From positions 660 to 64,659 of the forward strand of contig MFRL01000027.1 in NCBI GenBank assembly GCA_001784565.1: DNA of 64,000 nt, given 5' to 3'. How positions within the stretch are numbered: the stretch's first letter is position 1; the number at the start of each line of letters is the position of its first letter. This document shows positions 36,321-47,076 of the stretch, in pieces. The translations under genes were made by a program, and so were the position numbers. The notes below the pieces were generated by a model that ran no database searches, was not told the DNA's origin, and saw only the letters and a list, made by a program, of their open reading frames with translations. This stretch comes from Candidatus Melainabacteria bacterium GWF2_37_15 (GTDB lineage: Bacteria > Cyanobacteriota > Vampirovibrionia > Gastranaerophilales > UBA9971).

Positions 36321-37013
36321 TTATTCCACACTACCTTTTAATACTTCTGCAGAACAGGCGTAGCCATTAGCATAACCTCCATCATCAACGGTGGAACAAG
36401 GACTGACTGTTCCAAGCCAATCCGTACTGCCAGAAGGTTTTATCCCATCTTTTGTTACAAAAATGAAATAAATATCAAGTCCAAGTTTATTAGGTGCTTT
36501 CGGTCCATTAACATCTACAATTAAACGAGCGCAAAAAGGCATACCTGCACCCAAAGAAATATCATTACAGGCCTCATTATAACCCGAAACATTAATTGTA
36601 CTTCCATCCATAAACCATAATATTATCCCTCCGCTTGTAAATCCTGCAATATCGTCTATCACATTTCCCTCATATCCATACCATTTATCAGACAGACACC
36701 CTGAGGCCTGTGCATCATTAGTATAACCGCAATCTCTATAAATTTTTAATCCGCTTCGATGAATATAAGCCTGTGCCATACAAGAACTTGTCACGCAAAT
36801 AGGAAGATTAGACATATTAGTACTATCATATGAAAGCATAAGAAGTTTATGAGCCTGTGCAAGAACAGTGTACTGTTTTTTCCAGGCTGTCCTCAGAGTT
36901 TTGTTTTGAAAATTTGTTACCAGCACTGGTATGGTTTCACTCGCTACGACGCCAAGTATTATAATGACAAGTAATACTTCTGCGAGTGAGAAACCTGCAA
37001 TTTTATTTTTCAT
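36321..37013 (-). CDS. Prepilin-type N-terminal cleavage/methylation domain protein (pseudopilin), Cys-rich
   Basis: The AG|FSLAEVLLVIIILGVV leader has Gly-1, Phe+1 and Glu+5. The C-terminal domain carries 8 Cys. Confidence 0.7.
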   Translation of the reverse strand: MKNKIAGFSLAEVLLVIIILGVVASETIPVLVTNFQNKTLRTAWKKQYTVLAQAHKLLMLSYDSTNMSNLPICVTSSCMAQAYIHRSGLKIYRDCGYTNDAQASGCLSDKWYGYEGNVIDDIAGFTSGGIILWFMDGSTINVSGYNEACNDISLGAGMPFCARLIVDVNGPKAPNKLGLDIYFIFVTKDGIKPSGSTDWLGTVSPCSTVDDGGYANGYACSAEVLKGSVE

Positions 37014-37032
37014 AAATATATTATGTATTATT

Positions 37033-38106
37033 TTATAAACTTTTTAAAGAGGCTAAAAACCTTTTATAAAAATCTTCCCAGTTGTATTGCAAGGCTGTTT
37101 CATAAGCGTTCCGGGATATTTTTTCATAATCAATTTTCTTATTTAACACTAATTCCATTTTTTCCGCAAGGTTATCATCAAATATAAAGCCGTTTTCTCC
37201 ATTCTTGATTATTTCTGATGCCCCGCAGTAATGGCTTACAATGGCTGGAATTTTGTTAGCCATCCCCTCCAGGGCAACAAGGCCGAATGTTTCAAGAAAA
37301 GATGGCATTACCACGCAGTTTATGGAATTATAAAATCCTTGCATATTCTCCTGGTATGGTAAAAACTTAATTCTATCTCGCAACCCATACTTATTAAGCA
37401 GGTATTGCAGTTTGAGATTTTTTTTGTATTTGGGATAAATTATTTTTGCCCGGAAAATGTAGTTTTTGTCTTTAAGGTCTTTAAGTGCTTTTAAAAAAAC
37501 ATATCCGCCTTTTTTTTCAAAACTTGGCGCTGACAGTCCGAAGGTAAAAATGCCGTTATGTTTTTTTGGGGCGGAATTTGGTACATCCACGCCCGGATAC
37601 ATCACAACAAACTTTTCATCTGGTATGTTAAAATTCTCCATTAACTCGGTTTTTAAAACCTCAGAAGGAACTATTATCTTGCGGTATTGGTTTTTTAACC
37701 ACTTTTTCTGTGCCTGAATATGTTTATATTTTAATAAGCCAAAGAAAAATCCTGATTTTTTCTTGTAATGGATGAGTGAATGCCCCTGTAGAATTCCTAT
37801 ATCCAGCGGTGGGGAAATATTTTCTGATATTACAAAGTCATAATTCTCTGCTTGCGTGAGATTTTTAACCTCATTATAAAACTTCTCAATTTTATGTGGA
37901 TATTTAAAGTCTTTTGGATGACCAAGAAAAACTATTTTATTCAGTTTATTTTTAAGTATATTTTGTTTGCTTAAATAGGTAGTGCAGTATAAATCAACAG
38001 CAAAACCGTCCTGAATAGCCCGATTCACCAACTCGTAAAAAAGCCGCTCCCCACCGCTGTGAAAGTCATCTTCTCTAAAAACATTAATTACAAAGGCCAG
38101 TTTCAT
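37033..38106 (-). CDS. Glycosyltransferase family 4 (GT-B)
   Basis: The C-terminal EX7E region ETFGLVALEGMANKIPAI and overall GT4 layout. Confidence 0.8.
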   Translation of the reverse strand: MKLAFVINVFREDDFHSGGERLFYELVNRAIQDGFAVDLYCTTYLSKQNILKNKLNKIVFLGHPKDFKYPHKIEKFYNEVKNLTQAENYDFVISENISPPLDIGILQGHSLIHYKKKSGFFFGLLKYKHIQAQKKWLKNQYRKIIVPSEVLKTELMENFNIPDEKFVVMYPGVDVPNSAPKKHNGIFTFGLSAPSFEKKGGYVFLKALKDLKDKNYIFRAKIIYPKYKKNLKLQYLLNKYGLRDRIKFLPYQENMQGFYNSINCVVMPSFLETFGLVALEGMANKIPAIVSHYCGASEIIKNGENGFIFDDNLAEKMELVLNKKIDYEKISRNAYETALQYNWEDFYKRFLASLKSL

Positions 38107-38111
38107 TGTAT

Positions 38112-38825
38112 CTACTGAGCAGTCATTAAGCCCTTCCTGCCTTCAATAGATATCTCATTAAAGCTGTATAGTCTTGCAGGACGCTTGGATGATTCTTTGG
38201 TAAACTCTTCATGCTCATTTAAAATGTCTAAAGACACAATCTTTTTCCTGAAATTCCTTTTATCCAGGTCATGATTTAAAATAGATTCGTATGTTTTTTG
38301 AAGCTCAGTTAAGGTGAACTTTTTAGGCAGTAACTGGAACGCAATAGGCGTGTATTCCAGTCTTGCTTTTAATCTTTTTAAAGCATAAGAAACAATAGCC
38401 TGGTGGTCGAAAGCAAGTGCGGGAAGTTTATATACTGGATGCCAGCTAATCTGCTGGATGTTTAAACCTTCTTCTGATGAAAGAATCAAATCATCAGACC
38501 TTATAAGTGCCACATAACTAACAGTTATAACCCTTGCGCTCGGATATCTGTGTGGATCACCAAAAGTGTAAAGCTGTTCCAGATAAACATCCTTAACGTG
38601 TGTTTTTTCATAAAGAACTCTCTTGGCAGCTTCTTCAAGGTTTTCTGATAATCTTACGAATCCTCCGGGAATCGCCCACTTGTTCTTAAAGGGTTCATGA
38701 CCTCTTTGTACAAGCAGAACATCAAGACTACCGTTTCGAATGGTGAAAATAACTATGTCAACTGTAACTTCGTGTGTTTTTTGTTCAATCATTCGCTTTG
38801 CACTTGTTAATTGTAAAATTTGCAC
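38112..38825 (-). CDS. NrtR-like protein: degenerate Nudix domain plus C-terminal winged helix
   Basis: The Nudix box reads GGFVRLSENLEEAAKRVLYEKTHV, so the REUXEEXGU core is degenerate (RVLYEKTHV). The C-terminal third resembles the NrtR wHTH. The start is uncertain. Confidence 0.7.
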   Translation of the reverse strand: MQILQLTSAKRMIEQKTHEVTVDIVIFTIRNGSLDVLLVQRGHEPFKNKWAIPGGFVRLSENLEEAAKRVLYEKTHVKDVYLEQLYTFGDPHRYPSARVITVSYVALIRSDDLILSSEEGLNIQQISWHPVYKLPALAFDHQAIVSYALKRLKARLEYTPIAFQLLPKKFTLTELQKTYESILNHDLDKRNFRKKIVSLDILNEHEEFTKESSKRPARLYSFNEISIEGRKGLMTAQ

Positions 38826-38863
38826 TTTATTTCCATTAAAATTATACTCTTTAATGACAGAAA

Positions 38864-40018
38864 TTGTTAATACATTTTATGAACGAAAATTTTTGTATAA
38901 GAGAAATTATACCGGATAGCGCTAAAACAGTTATAGAAAGCATAGGGTTCGATAAATCCTATGTACATGCATCTGTTAAAAAATATAATTTTAAACTCAT
39001 AAAAATATGCAACCTGAGCTGCCCTCAGGCGAACATAATAAAACAGGTAGCACTCTCAGCAGGAGCAGATGCTGCTGTGCACAGGGAAGTAATAACGTGC
39101 AAAGTGGAAAAGACTGATTTGCTGCTTGGCGGAACAATAGCGCAACTCGAAAACATCTGCCAAAAACTGAAAAATCAGCCGTTTAAATTATCCGAACTTT
39201 CTGATCACTTATTAAAACAGTTAACAGTCAAAAAGCATACATGGTCTGATAAAACGTATATCATGGGTATTTTAAATGTTACCCCGGATTCGTTTTCCGA
39301 TGGGGGGAAATACTTTGATCCTGAAAAGGCGGCCGAACATGCTAAAGAAATAATTAAAGCAGGCGCAGATATTATAGATATAGGTGGCGAATCCACAAGG
39401 CCCCATTCAAAAGAAGTTAATATTGATGAAGAACTTAAAAGAGTGTTGCCGGTAATTGAAAAAATCAGGAGTTTTAATACTACAATTCCGCTAAGTATTG
39501 ATACACGGCATGCAGAAGTGGCGAAACAGGCAGTGCAAGCTGGAGCTAACATTATAAATGATGTTTCAGGGCTGGAATGGGATGGCAATATGGTTAATAT
39601 TGCAGCAGAATTGCAGGTGCCCGTTGTAATTATGCATAGCGTAGGCTCTTCAGAAACCAGGTATGATTATAAGGAAAACATAGTTGATGCTGTTTACAAA
39701 GACCTTTGCCGTAAAACACAAAAAGCGCTTTCTTTAGGTTTAAAGCCCGAAAACATAATAATTGATCCGGGTATCGGCTTTGGTAAGACAGTTGAACATA
39801 ACCTGGAGCTGGTAAAAAGAATTGGTGAATTTAAATCACTGGGTTATCCGGTTTTAATTGGAATATCCAGGAAGTCATTTATTTCCGGCGATGAAGATGT
39901 TACCCTTGCTCTAAATACCTATGCTGCAACAAATGGTGCAGATATTATCCGTGTTCATAATGTTGATAAGCACGTTAAAGCTATGAAAGTATTACAAACC
40001 CTTAATAATATTTCCTAA
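38864..40018 (+). CDS. folP: Dihydropteroate synthase with ~125-aa N-terminal extension
   Basis: IMGILNVTPDSFSDGG, DIGGESTRP, IIDPGIGFGK motifs. Confidence 0.9.
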   Translation: MLIHFMNENFCIREIIPDSAKTVIESIGFDKSYVHASVKKYNFKLIKICNLSCPQANIIKQVALSAGADAAVHREVITCKVEKTDLLLGGTIAQLENICQKLKNQPFKLSELSDHLLKQLTVKKHTWSDKTYIMGILNVTPDSFSDGGKYFDPEKAAEHAKEIIKAGADIIDIGGESTRPHSKEVNIDEELKRVLPVIEKIRSFNTTIPLSIDTRHAEVAKQAVQAGANIINDVSGLEWDGNMVNIAAELQVPVVIMHSVGSSETRYDYKENIVDAVYKDLCRKTQKALSLGLKPENIIIDPGIGFGKTVEHNLELVKRIGEFKSLGYPVLIGISRKSFISGDEDVTLALNTYAATNGADIIRVHNVDKHVKAMKVLQTLNNIS

Positions 40019-40070
40019 ATTCAAATATTTGTATTATATACTGCAAGAAATATGTTACAATATTATTTAT

Positions 40071-40322
40071 ATGAAAAAGATAATTATACTTCTGAGTTTA
40101 TTCTGCGTTCCAATGACAGCCAGTGCTGGCGATGATCAGTACTATACGGTTTACGATGAACAATCTGACACTACCAAAACTCGCAATGAATTGAGCGAGG
40201 ACAAGATAGAAACCCGCTCTGAATCAATTATAAAAAGCGAATTAGGTAATTTAAAGAACGAAATAAAAACATTAAAAAATCAAATGTATAATGAAATACG
40301 CAAATTGAGGCAAAGCTTTTAA
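40071..40322 (+). CDS. Hypothetical small secreted protein
   Basis: Signal peptide [19 protein letters not shown], followed by a charged coiled-coil-like tail. Confidence 0.4.
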   Translation: MKKIIILLSLFCVPMTASAGDDQYYTVYDEQSDTTKTRNELSEDKIETRSESIIKSELGNLKNEIKTLKNQMYNEIRKLRQSF

Positions 40323-41320
40323 ATTAATGCCTGCTTGGGTTTAACCCCTTCTTCCTGCATATCAGCATCCACCATAATTTTCACAAGTTCTTTAAAAGTA
40401 ACTTTAGGCTGCCAACCGAGTTTTTGTTTTGCTTTTGTTGCATCGCCGATTAATAAATCAACTTCGGCCGGTCTGAAGTACCTTGGGTCAATTTCCACGT
40501 ATTTTTGCCAGTCCAAACCAACATAACTAAATGCTTCATCAAGGAACTCCCTGATTGAATGCGTTTCTCCGGTTGCGATAACGTAATCATCAGGCTCGTT
40601 TTGCTGGAGCATTAACCACATGGCTTCAACGTAATCCTTAGCGTAGCCCCAGTCACGTTTGGCATCAAGGTTTCCAAGATAAAGTTTGTCTTGTTTCCCG
40701 GCAACTATTTTTGCAAGGGCTTTTGTGATTTTCCTTGTTACAAAGGTTTCGCCTCTACGTGGGGATTCGTGGTTGAATAAAATGCCGTTACATGCGTATA
40801 AATTATAGCTTTCCCTGTAATTCACGGTCATCCAGTAGGCATACAGCTTAGCTACGGCATATGGACTACGGGGATAAAAAGGTGTAGTTTCCCTTTGCGG
40901 TATTTCCTGAACTTTTCCGTACAATTCGCTAGAGGATGCCTGGTAAAACTTTGTTTTAATCTGGGTTTCTTTGATAGCGTCCAGTAATCTTATTGCTCCC
41001 AGTCCTGTCACATCCCCGGTATATTCCGGTATGTCAAAACTTACCCTTACGTGGCTTTGCGCGCCGAGATGGTATATTTCATCAGGGCCTACTTTTTCGA
41101 GCAGTCTTGAGATATTGGAAGAATCTGACAAGTCGCCGTAATGCAGGAATAGCCTGGTTCCTTTTAAGTGCGGGTCACTGTATAAATGGTCGATTCTGTC
41201 AGTGTTAAAAGAGCTTGACCTTCTTATTATTCCGTGAACTTCATACCCTTTTTCAAGCAGCAGCTCTGTTAAATATGACCCATCCTGTCCTGTAATTCCG
41301 GTGATTAGTGCTTTTTTCAT
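40319..41320 (-). CDS. gmd: GDP-mannose 4,6-dehydratase
   Basis: [20 protein letters not shown], and [10 protein letters not shown] catalytic YxxxK. Confidence 0.95.
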   Translation of the reverse strand: MKKALITGITGQDGSYLTELLLEKGYEVHGIIRRSSSFNTDRIDHLYSDPHLKGTRLFLHYGDLSDSSNISRLLEKVGPDEIYHLGAQSHVRVSFDIPEYTGDVTGLGAIRLLDAIKETQIKTKFYQASSSELYGKVQEIPQRETTPFYPRSPYAVAKLYAYWMTVNYRESYNLYACNGILFNHESPRRGETFVTRKITKALAKIVAGKQDKLYLGNLDAKRDWGYAKDYVEAMWLMLQQNEPDDYVIATGETHSIREFLDEAFSYVGLDWQKYVEIDPRYFRPAEVDLLIGDATKAKQKLGWQPKVTFKELVKIMVDADMQEEGVKPKQALI

Positions 41321-41407
41321 TTCAACAAAATCCTTTTATATAATTATTTATGGTTAATATTTTACTACGAATAAGCCATAACGATAATTTTATAGTATAA
41401 ATTAATA

Positions 41408-41998
41408 ATGAAGGATATTGTCTGGCATTCTGCTAAAATAAGCAAGGAAAATAAAGAAACCCTTCTGAATCAGAAGGCCTGCGTACTCTGGTTTACTGGC
41501 CTGTCCGGCTCCGGAAAGTCCACCATAGCTGTGGAACTCGAAAAAAATTTTTATGAAAAAGGTAAATATACAGTAATGCTCGATGGCGATAATATCAGGC
41601 ATAGTTTGTGTTCGGATTTAGGATTCTCTGTAGAAGACAGGCAGGAAAATTTAAGAAGAATAAGGGAAACAGCAAAATTATTCTACGAAAACGGAGCCAT
41701 AACCATAGTTTCCTTTATTTCACCGTTTAAACAGGACAGGGAATTAGCAAGAAACTTAATAGGGAAAGACTTCATAGAAATCTTCATTGAGTGTAAGATT
41801 GAAATATGTGAAAAAAGAGACCCCAAAGGGTTGTATAAAAAGGCTAGAGCTGGTGAAATAAAGGGATTTACCGGAATAGACCAGGAATACGAAAAGCCTG
41901 ATAAGCCTGAAATTACTATAAATTCAGATAAAATAACGGTAGAAGAAGCTGTTAATAAGATAATCGGGTATTTATATGGATCATCTGGAAGCAATTGA
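41408..41998 (+). CDS. cysC: Adenylyl-sulfate (APS) kinase
   Basis: All catalytic motifs are intact: [19 protein letters not shown] and SFISPF. Confidence 0.9.
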   Translation: MKDIVWHSAKISKENKETLLNQKACVLWFTGLSGSGKSTIAVELEKNFYEKGKYTVMLDGDNIRHSLCSDLGFSVEDRQENLRRIRETAKLFYENGAITIVSFISPFKQDRELARNLIGKDFIEIFIECKIEICEKRDPKGLYKKARAGEIKGFTGIDQEYEKPDKPEITINSDKITVEEAVNKIIGYLYGSSGSN

Positions 41999-42776
41999 AG
42001 CACAAAGTATCTACATTTTAAGGGAAGCATACAAACATTTCGGAAAGCTGGGTATGCTCTGGTCAATAGGCAAGGATTCCACTGTAATGCTTTGGCTGGC
42101 GCAGAAAGCGTTTTTCGGGCATTGCCCTTTCCCATTAATTCACGTTGATACAAGCTATAAAATTCCTGAAATGATTGAATTCAGGGATAAGCTGATTAAG
42201 GAACTGAATCTTAATTTAATAGTTCATCAGAACAAGGAAGCTCTTGAACAGGGCATGAACCCGAAAAAAGGAAGGCTTGTATGCTGTGAACATTTAAAAA
42301 CAAAACCATTGCAGGAAGTAGTAAAGAAATTCGGGTTTGAAGGTCTAATCCTCGGTGTTCGTAGGGACGAAGAGGGCTCACGCTCAAAAGAGCGTTTTTT
42401 CAGCGAGAGAGACAGCGAATCAAACTGGGATTACACTGACCAGCCGCCCGAGTTATGGGACCAGTTCAAGACAGACTTTAAAAAAGGCAACCATATTAGG
42501 ATCCATCCGCTTCTCCAGTGGCGAGAGATTGACATCTGGAAATACATTCAAAGGGAAAATATTCCTGTAGTTGACTTATACTTTGCTAAAAACGGGAAAA
42601 GATACAGAAGCCTTGGGTGTTACCCCTGTACATTCCCGATTGATTCTAATGTAACTGATGTTGAGGGAATTGTCGAGGAACTCCAACACACCACCCAGGC
42701 CGAACGCTCAGGCAGGGCGCAAGACCAGGAAGACGCTTACGCAATGCAGAAATTAAGAAGCAAAGGGTATATGTAA
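41976..42776 (+). CDS. cysD: Sulfate adenylyltransferase subunit 2
   Basis: [35 protein letters not shown]; close to the E. coli CysD pattern. Confidence 0.9.
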   Translation: MDHLEAIEAQSIYILREAYKHFGKLGMLWSIGKDSTVMLWLAQKAFFGHCPFPLIHVDTSYKIPEMIEFRDKLIKELNLNLIVHQNKEALEQGMNPKKGRLVCCEHLKTKPLQEVVKKFGFEGLILGVRRDEEGSRSKERFFSERDSESNWDYTDQPPELWDQFKTDFKKGNHIRIHPLLQWREIDIWKYIQRENIPVVDLYFAKNGKRYRSLGCYPCTFPIDSNVTDVEGIVEELQHTTQAERSGRAQDQEDAYAMQKLRSKGYM

Positions 42777-44611
42777 TGACTGAATTGGCTGTAAAAATAA
42801 GGGAAAAGCTTAATATAGTTGTAGTCGGCCACGTTGACCACGGAAAATCCACCCTCATAGGCAGGCTTCTGTTTGATACAAATTCGCTCTCTTCTGGTGC
42901 CATTGAAAAAGTTAAAAAAATATCTGCACAAAACGGAAAACCTTTTGAATATGCGTATTTACTTGATGCTTTTGAGGAAGAACAGAAGCAGGGTATTACC
43001 ATAGACACCACGAACATTAATTTTTCCACTGAAAAAAGGGATTATGTCATTATTGACGCGCCAGGCCACAAGGAATTCTTAAAAAATATGATTTCAGGAG
43101 CCTCAAGTGCAGAAGCAGCACTATTAATGATAGACGCAAATGAAGGGATTCAGGAGCAGTCAAGAAGACATGGCTATATCCTCTCACTTCTTGGGATCAA
43201 AAAAGTTTTTGTAATAGTAAATAAAATGGACTTAATCGGCTATTCCGAGGCTGTTTATAATGATATAATGCGGAATTTCAACAAATTCCTAAGCAATTTA
43301 AACATTTATCCTATAGAATACATACCCGTATCTGCTTTTAACGGGGAAAACATAACTATACGATCAGATAATCTTGCGTGGTACAAGGGAGTTACAGTAA
43401 TTGAGGCATTGGATTTAATACAAAAAGACCCGGAAGCTGAAGATAAACCCCTGAGATTTTCAATTCAGGACGTTTACAAATTTGATACCAGAAGAATTAT
43501 TGCTGGCAGAATAGAAGCCGGAACCCTGAAAGTTGGGGATGAGATCACCATAAGCCCTTCAGGCAAAACCACAAAAGTGAAAACAATTGAGAACTGGCCG
43601 CATGAACACGATAAAAATTATGTTTCAGCGGGCATGTCGGTTGGTATAACAGTCGAGGACGAGTTTTTCAACAAAAGAGGCGAGGTCATATCCCATAACC
43701 ACAATAAACCCCAGAAAAGTAACCTGTTTAACGCAAATATATTCTGGATGGGGAAAAATCCCCTGGTTAAAGGCAAGACCTACAAACTAAAATTAACCAC
43801 TCAGGAAGTGGAATGTGAAGTATTTTCTATAAACAGGGTTATAGATTCATCTAATCTCACAGCTGCTGAGGATTTTACTGCTGTAAACAGGAACGAAGTT
43901 GCAGAAGTAACAATTAAAACACGTGAAGTAGTTTGTTTTGACGAATTTGCAGAATACAGAGGCACAGGAAGGTTTGTAATTGTTGAAGATTATAATGTTT
44001 CAGGCGGCGGCATTGTTCTTAAAACCGACGATACATTGAAAAACAGGATTCTTGAACCAAAAAGCAAAAGCCTCAAACCCCGCACACGATTGGTTACAAG
44101 AGAACAAAAAGAAAAAAAACTAGGCCAAAAAGCAAAAGTTATCTGGTTAACAGGTTTAACTGGTTGCGGCAAGAATGAAATAGCCGTGAAGCTGGAGAAA
44201 AAACTGTTTGAACTGGGTAAAACCCTGTGCTATCTTGATTCTGCAAACCTAAGGTTTAGTATAAGCTCTGATCTTGAATTTAACGAGTCAGGAGTATATG
44301 AACAAACGAGAAGGATAGCTGAAATCGCTAACCAGTTCATGAATAACGGTATAATAACTATCGTTACCTCAATTAGTAGGTATAAAAAGGCCAGGGAGTC
44401 AGCAAAAGAGATTATTGGCACTGATGATTATCTGGAATTCCACATTGAAGTCACAGAAGCAGTCCTTAAAAAACGCTGGGATTCTAGTCAGGAATGTTAT
44501 TATGAAAAATCAGATTACCCTGTACGTTCTATGTACATTGACGATCCAAACTTTAATGCGGACGAAAAAGTGGATTTAATAATGGAAAGTATAAAAGATA
44601 TTTTACAATAA
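42776..44611 (+). CDS. cysN: Sulfate adenylyltransferase subunit 1 (GTPase) fused to a degenerate APS-kinase-like domain
   Basis: It has the GTPase motifs GHVDHGKST, DAPGH and NKMD. The C-terminal 163 aa are APS-kinase-like but with altered motifs (see findings). Confidence 0.9.
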   Translation: MTELAVKIREKLNIVVVGHVDHGKSTLIGRLLFDTNSLSSGAIEKVKKISAQNGKPFEYAYLLDAFEEEQKQGITIDTTNINFSTEKRDYVIIDAPGHKEFLKNMISGASSAEAALLMIDANEGIQEQSRRHGYILSLLGIKKVFVIVNKMDLIGYSEAVYNDIMRNFNKFLSNLNIYPIEYIPVSAFNGENITIRSDNLAWYKGVTVIEALDLIQKDPEAEDKPLRFSIQDVYKFDTRRIIAGRIEAGTLKVGDEITISPSGKTTKVKTIENWPHEHDKNYVSAGMSVGITVEDEFFNKRGEVISHNHNKPQKSNLFNANIFWMGKNPLVKGKTYKLKLTTQEVECEVFSINRVIDSSNLTAAEDFTAVNRNEVAEVTIKTREVVCFDEFAEYRGTGRFVIVEDYNVSGGGIVLKTDDTLKNRILEPKSKSLKPRTRLVTREQKEKKLGQKAKVIWLTGLTGCGKNEIAVKLEKKLFELGKTLCYLDSANLRFSISSDLEFNESGVYEQTRRIAEIANQFMNNGIITIVTSISRYKKARESAKEIIGTDDYLEFHIEVTEAVLKKRWDSSQECYYEKSDYPVRSMYIDDPNFNADEKVDLIMESIKDILQ

Positions 44612-46323
44612 TGGACATTTTTATATTAATTTGCTTGTTTATAGTAATTATTTTACTTGTTAAAAGCCTGATAGAGCCGACTTTAGCTTTTTTGGGACTT
44701 TTAATTTTTTATTTCCTGCTTGATTTAATTACTGTGAACGACTTATTGGGCAGTTTTGTTAATACATCAATAATAACCCTGATGTTGCTTATCATTATTG
44801 CTGATGTACTGGCGAGAACGCAGATCACATCGCTCACAAACCGCGTAGTAGGAACAAAAAAAAGGAATGTTTTAGGCTTGGGAGTGTTGGTGAGCTTTTT
44901 ATCCAGCTTTTTGAGCAACACCCTCGTAGTCCAAATGTTCATTAATATGCTTAATAAAAAGGAATTCAAGTCCAGGCTACTTTTGCCCGTTTCATACCTT
45001 GCTATCTTGGGCGGCACAACAACCCTGATCGGGACCTCCACAAACTTGATTGCACAGGGATTTATGATTCAAATGGGTTTGCAACCTTTTAAATTTCTTG
45101 ATTTTGCATATGTTGGGATTCCCCTTGTATTCGCAGGTATTATTTATTTAACATTTTTCAGTCCCATAATCCTTAAGCATAAGCCAAATGAAGCAGTTCA
45201 GGAATGTGAAAATTATTTTCTTGAAGCCAGAGTTCTGGAAGGCTCATCATTAAACGGTAAAACCATTATGGAAAATGGACTTAGAAACCTTCATAGTCTC
45301 TTTCTGGCAGAAATAATAAGGCATAATAAACTAATTTCTCCTGTAAAACCAGATGAATTGGTACTTGAAGGGGATATTTTAGTATTTACAGGCGATATAG
45401 AAAATATTAATGAGCTTCAAAAATTTAACAAGCTTGAAATATTTGAGCAAAAGAACGATGTGTTATGCAGAAATCTTGTATGGGCTGTTCTTTCGCATAA
45501 TTCTTCGCTGGTTAACCAAAAAATAAAAGAGTGTAACTTCAGAAGGAAGTTCGATGCAGCAATAGTAGCGATTAAAAGGGAAGGTGAAAGCCTGAGAGGA
45601 AAAATCGGTGAAATTACGCTAAAAGCAGGCGATCATTTAATCCTGGCGGTTGGTGAAAACTTTCTGCCTACCAGGGAGGTCAAAAGTAATTTTTACCTGC
45701 TGAATGACCTTGAAACTGTTAAAAAATTCGACATCAAAAATTCAATGTTTATCTATTTTTCTTTCCTCCTGCTCATTGTCCTGTCTGCGCTTAATTTGAT
45801 AGACCTGCTCAAAGGCCTGTTTGTGCTTTTATTTTTATACATGATTTTAAAATTCATAACGTTTAAGGATGTAATTAAAAACATAAATGTAAACCTGCTA
45901 ATCCTGCTGGGATCAGCCCTGGGAATCTCTAAGGTGCTTGTGTCTAACGGTGCGTCAGAACTTATATCAAATTTTATATTATATATAAGCCAGAATATAG
46001 GTGTTTACGGCACATTCATAGCTATATACTTTCTTTCAATTGTACTTACTGAATTCACATTAAACGCATGTGCTGTGGCAATTGCGTTTCCAATTGCATA
46101 CCTGACTGCAATTAGCCTGGGAGTTAGCCCGACTCCATTTATATTTGCTGTAACTTACGGCGCCAGCGCAAGTTTCCTTACAAAATTTGGTTACCAGACT
46201 AATATGATGGTTTCCGCAGCAGGAAATTATAAAGCAGGAGATTTTATAAGGCTTGGCCTTCCCTTATCCATAATTTACGCAATAATAGTGTTGACTCTGG
46301 TACCTGTATTCTTTAAATTTTAA
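44611..46323 (+). CDS. SLC13/DASS-type anion permease with two central TrkA-C domains (putative sulfate transporter)
   Basis: Polytopic N- and C-terminal halves flank two RCK_C-like units (LEGSSLNGKTI..., SSLVNQKIKECNF...). The sulfate assignment rests on its position inside the cys cluster. Confidence 0.75.
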   Translation: MDIFILICLFIVIILLVKSLIEPTLAFLGLLIFYFLLDLITVNDLLGSFVNTSIITLMLLIIIADVLARTQITSLTNRVVGTKKRNVLGLGVLVSFLSSFLSNTLVVQMFINMLNKKEFKSRLLLPVSYLAILGGTTTLIGTSTNLIAQGFMIQMGLQPFKFLDFAYVGIPLVFAGIIYLTFFSPIILKHKPNEAVQECENYFLEARVLEGSSLNGKTIMENGLRNLHSLFLAEIIRHNKLISPVKPDELVLEGDILVFTGDIENINELQKFNKLEIFEQKNDVLCRNLVWAVLSHNSSLVNQKIKECNFRRKFDAAIVAIKREGESLRGKIGEITLKAGDHLILAVGENFLPTREVKSNFYLLNDLETVKKFDIKNSMFIYFSFLLLIVLSALNLIDLLKGLFVLLFLYMILKFITFKDVIKNINVNLLILLGSALGISKVLVSNGASELISNFILYISQNIGVYGTFIAIYFLSIVLTEFTLNACAVAIAFPIAYLTAISLGVSPTPFIFAVTYGASASFLTKFGYQTNMMVSAAGNYKAGDFIRLGLPLSIIYAIIVLTLVPVFFKF

Positions 46324-46335
46324 AGGACGTTGATA

Positions 46336-47076
46336 ATGATTGAACAAGTAATAAAAATAGCAAACCAGGCCGCAGAAGCCATCATGGAAATATATAAAAG
46401 TGTTGATCCTGAGGTTAAGTACAAGAAGGACGATTCACCGGTCACGCAAGCTGACATATTATCAAATGAACTAATAATTAAAGAGTTAAAACAGATTTCT
46501 GATCTGCCTATCCTCACAGAAGAAACCCAGGTTCTTTATGAACAAAGGAAAACCTGGAATAAATTCTGGCTGGTTGATCCATTGGATGGAACAAAGGACT
46601 TCCTTGTCAAAAACGACCAATTTACGGTTAATATTGCGCTGGTAGAAAATAGGAAACCTATATTAGGAGCGGTTCTAATCCCGGCTGAAGGACTCTGCTA
46701 TTGGGCAGAAAAAGATAAAGGCGCTTTTAAAAATGGGGAAAAAATTTATAATAATTCCAAAAGAACTGACTTAATCGGAAGCGACAGTAATTTCCATTCG
46801 ACTGAAGAAACCCAGGCTTTCTATGCAAAGCATAACGTGCAGCATATTCAAAGATACGGTTCTGCCTTAAAGTTCTGCAAACTGGCAGAAGGAGAAATCG
46901 ACCTGTACGCTAGGCTAAACGGCACCATGGAATGGGATACAGCCGCTGGCCATATTATTATGAATGAAGCAGGATGTAAAATTATTGATGTAAAAACAAA
47001 AAGCGAGCTTATTTACAACAAGGAAACCCTGCTAAATAATCATTTCATCGCTTGCAGGAATGATTTAAGTTTTTAA
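46336..47076 (+). CDS. cysQ: 3'(2'),5'-bisphosphate nucleotidase
   Basis: ILTEE, WLVDPLDGTKDF and WDTAAG motifs. The ATG at 46336 is preferred over the TTG at 46330. Confidence 0.85.
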   Translation: MIEQVIKIANQAAEAIMEIYKSVDPEVKYKKDDSPVTQADILSNELIIKELKQISDLPILTEETQVLYEQRKTWNKFWLVDPLDGTKDFLVKNDQFTVNIALVENRKPILGAVLIPAEGLCYWAEKDKGAFKNGEKIYNNSKRTDLIGSDSNFHSTEETQAFYAKHNVQHIQRYGSALKFCKLAEGEIDLYARLNGTMEWDTAAGHIIMNEAGCKIIDVKTKSELIYNKETLLNNHFIACRNDLSF

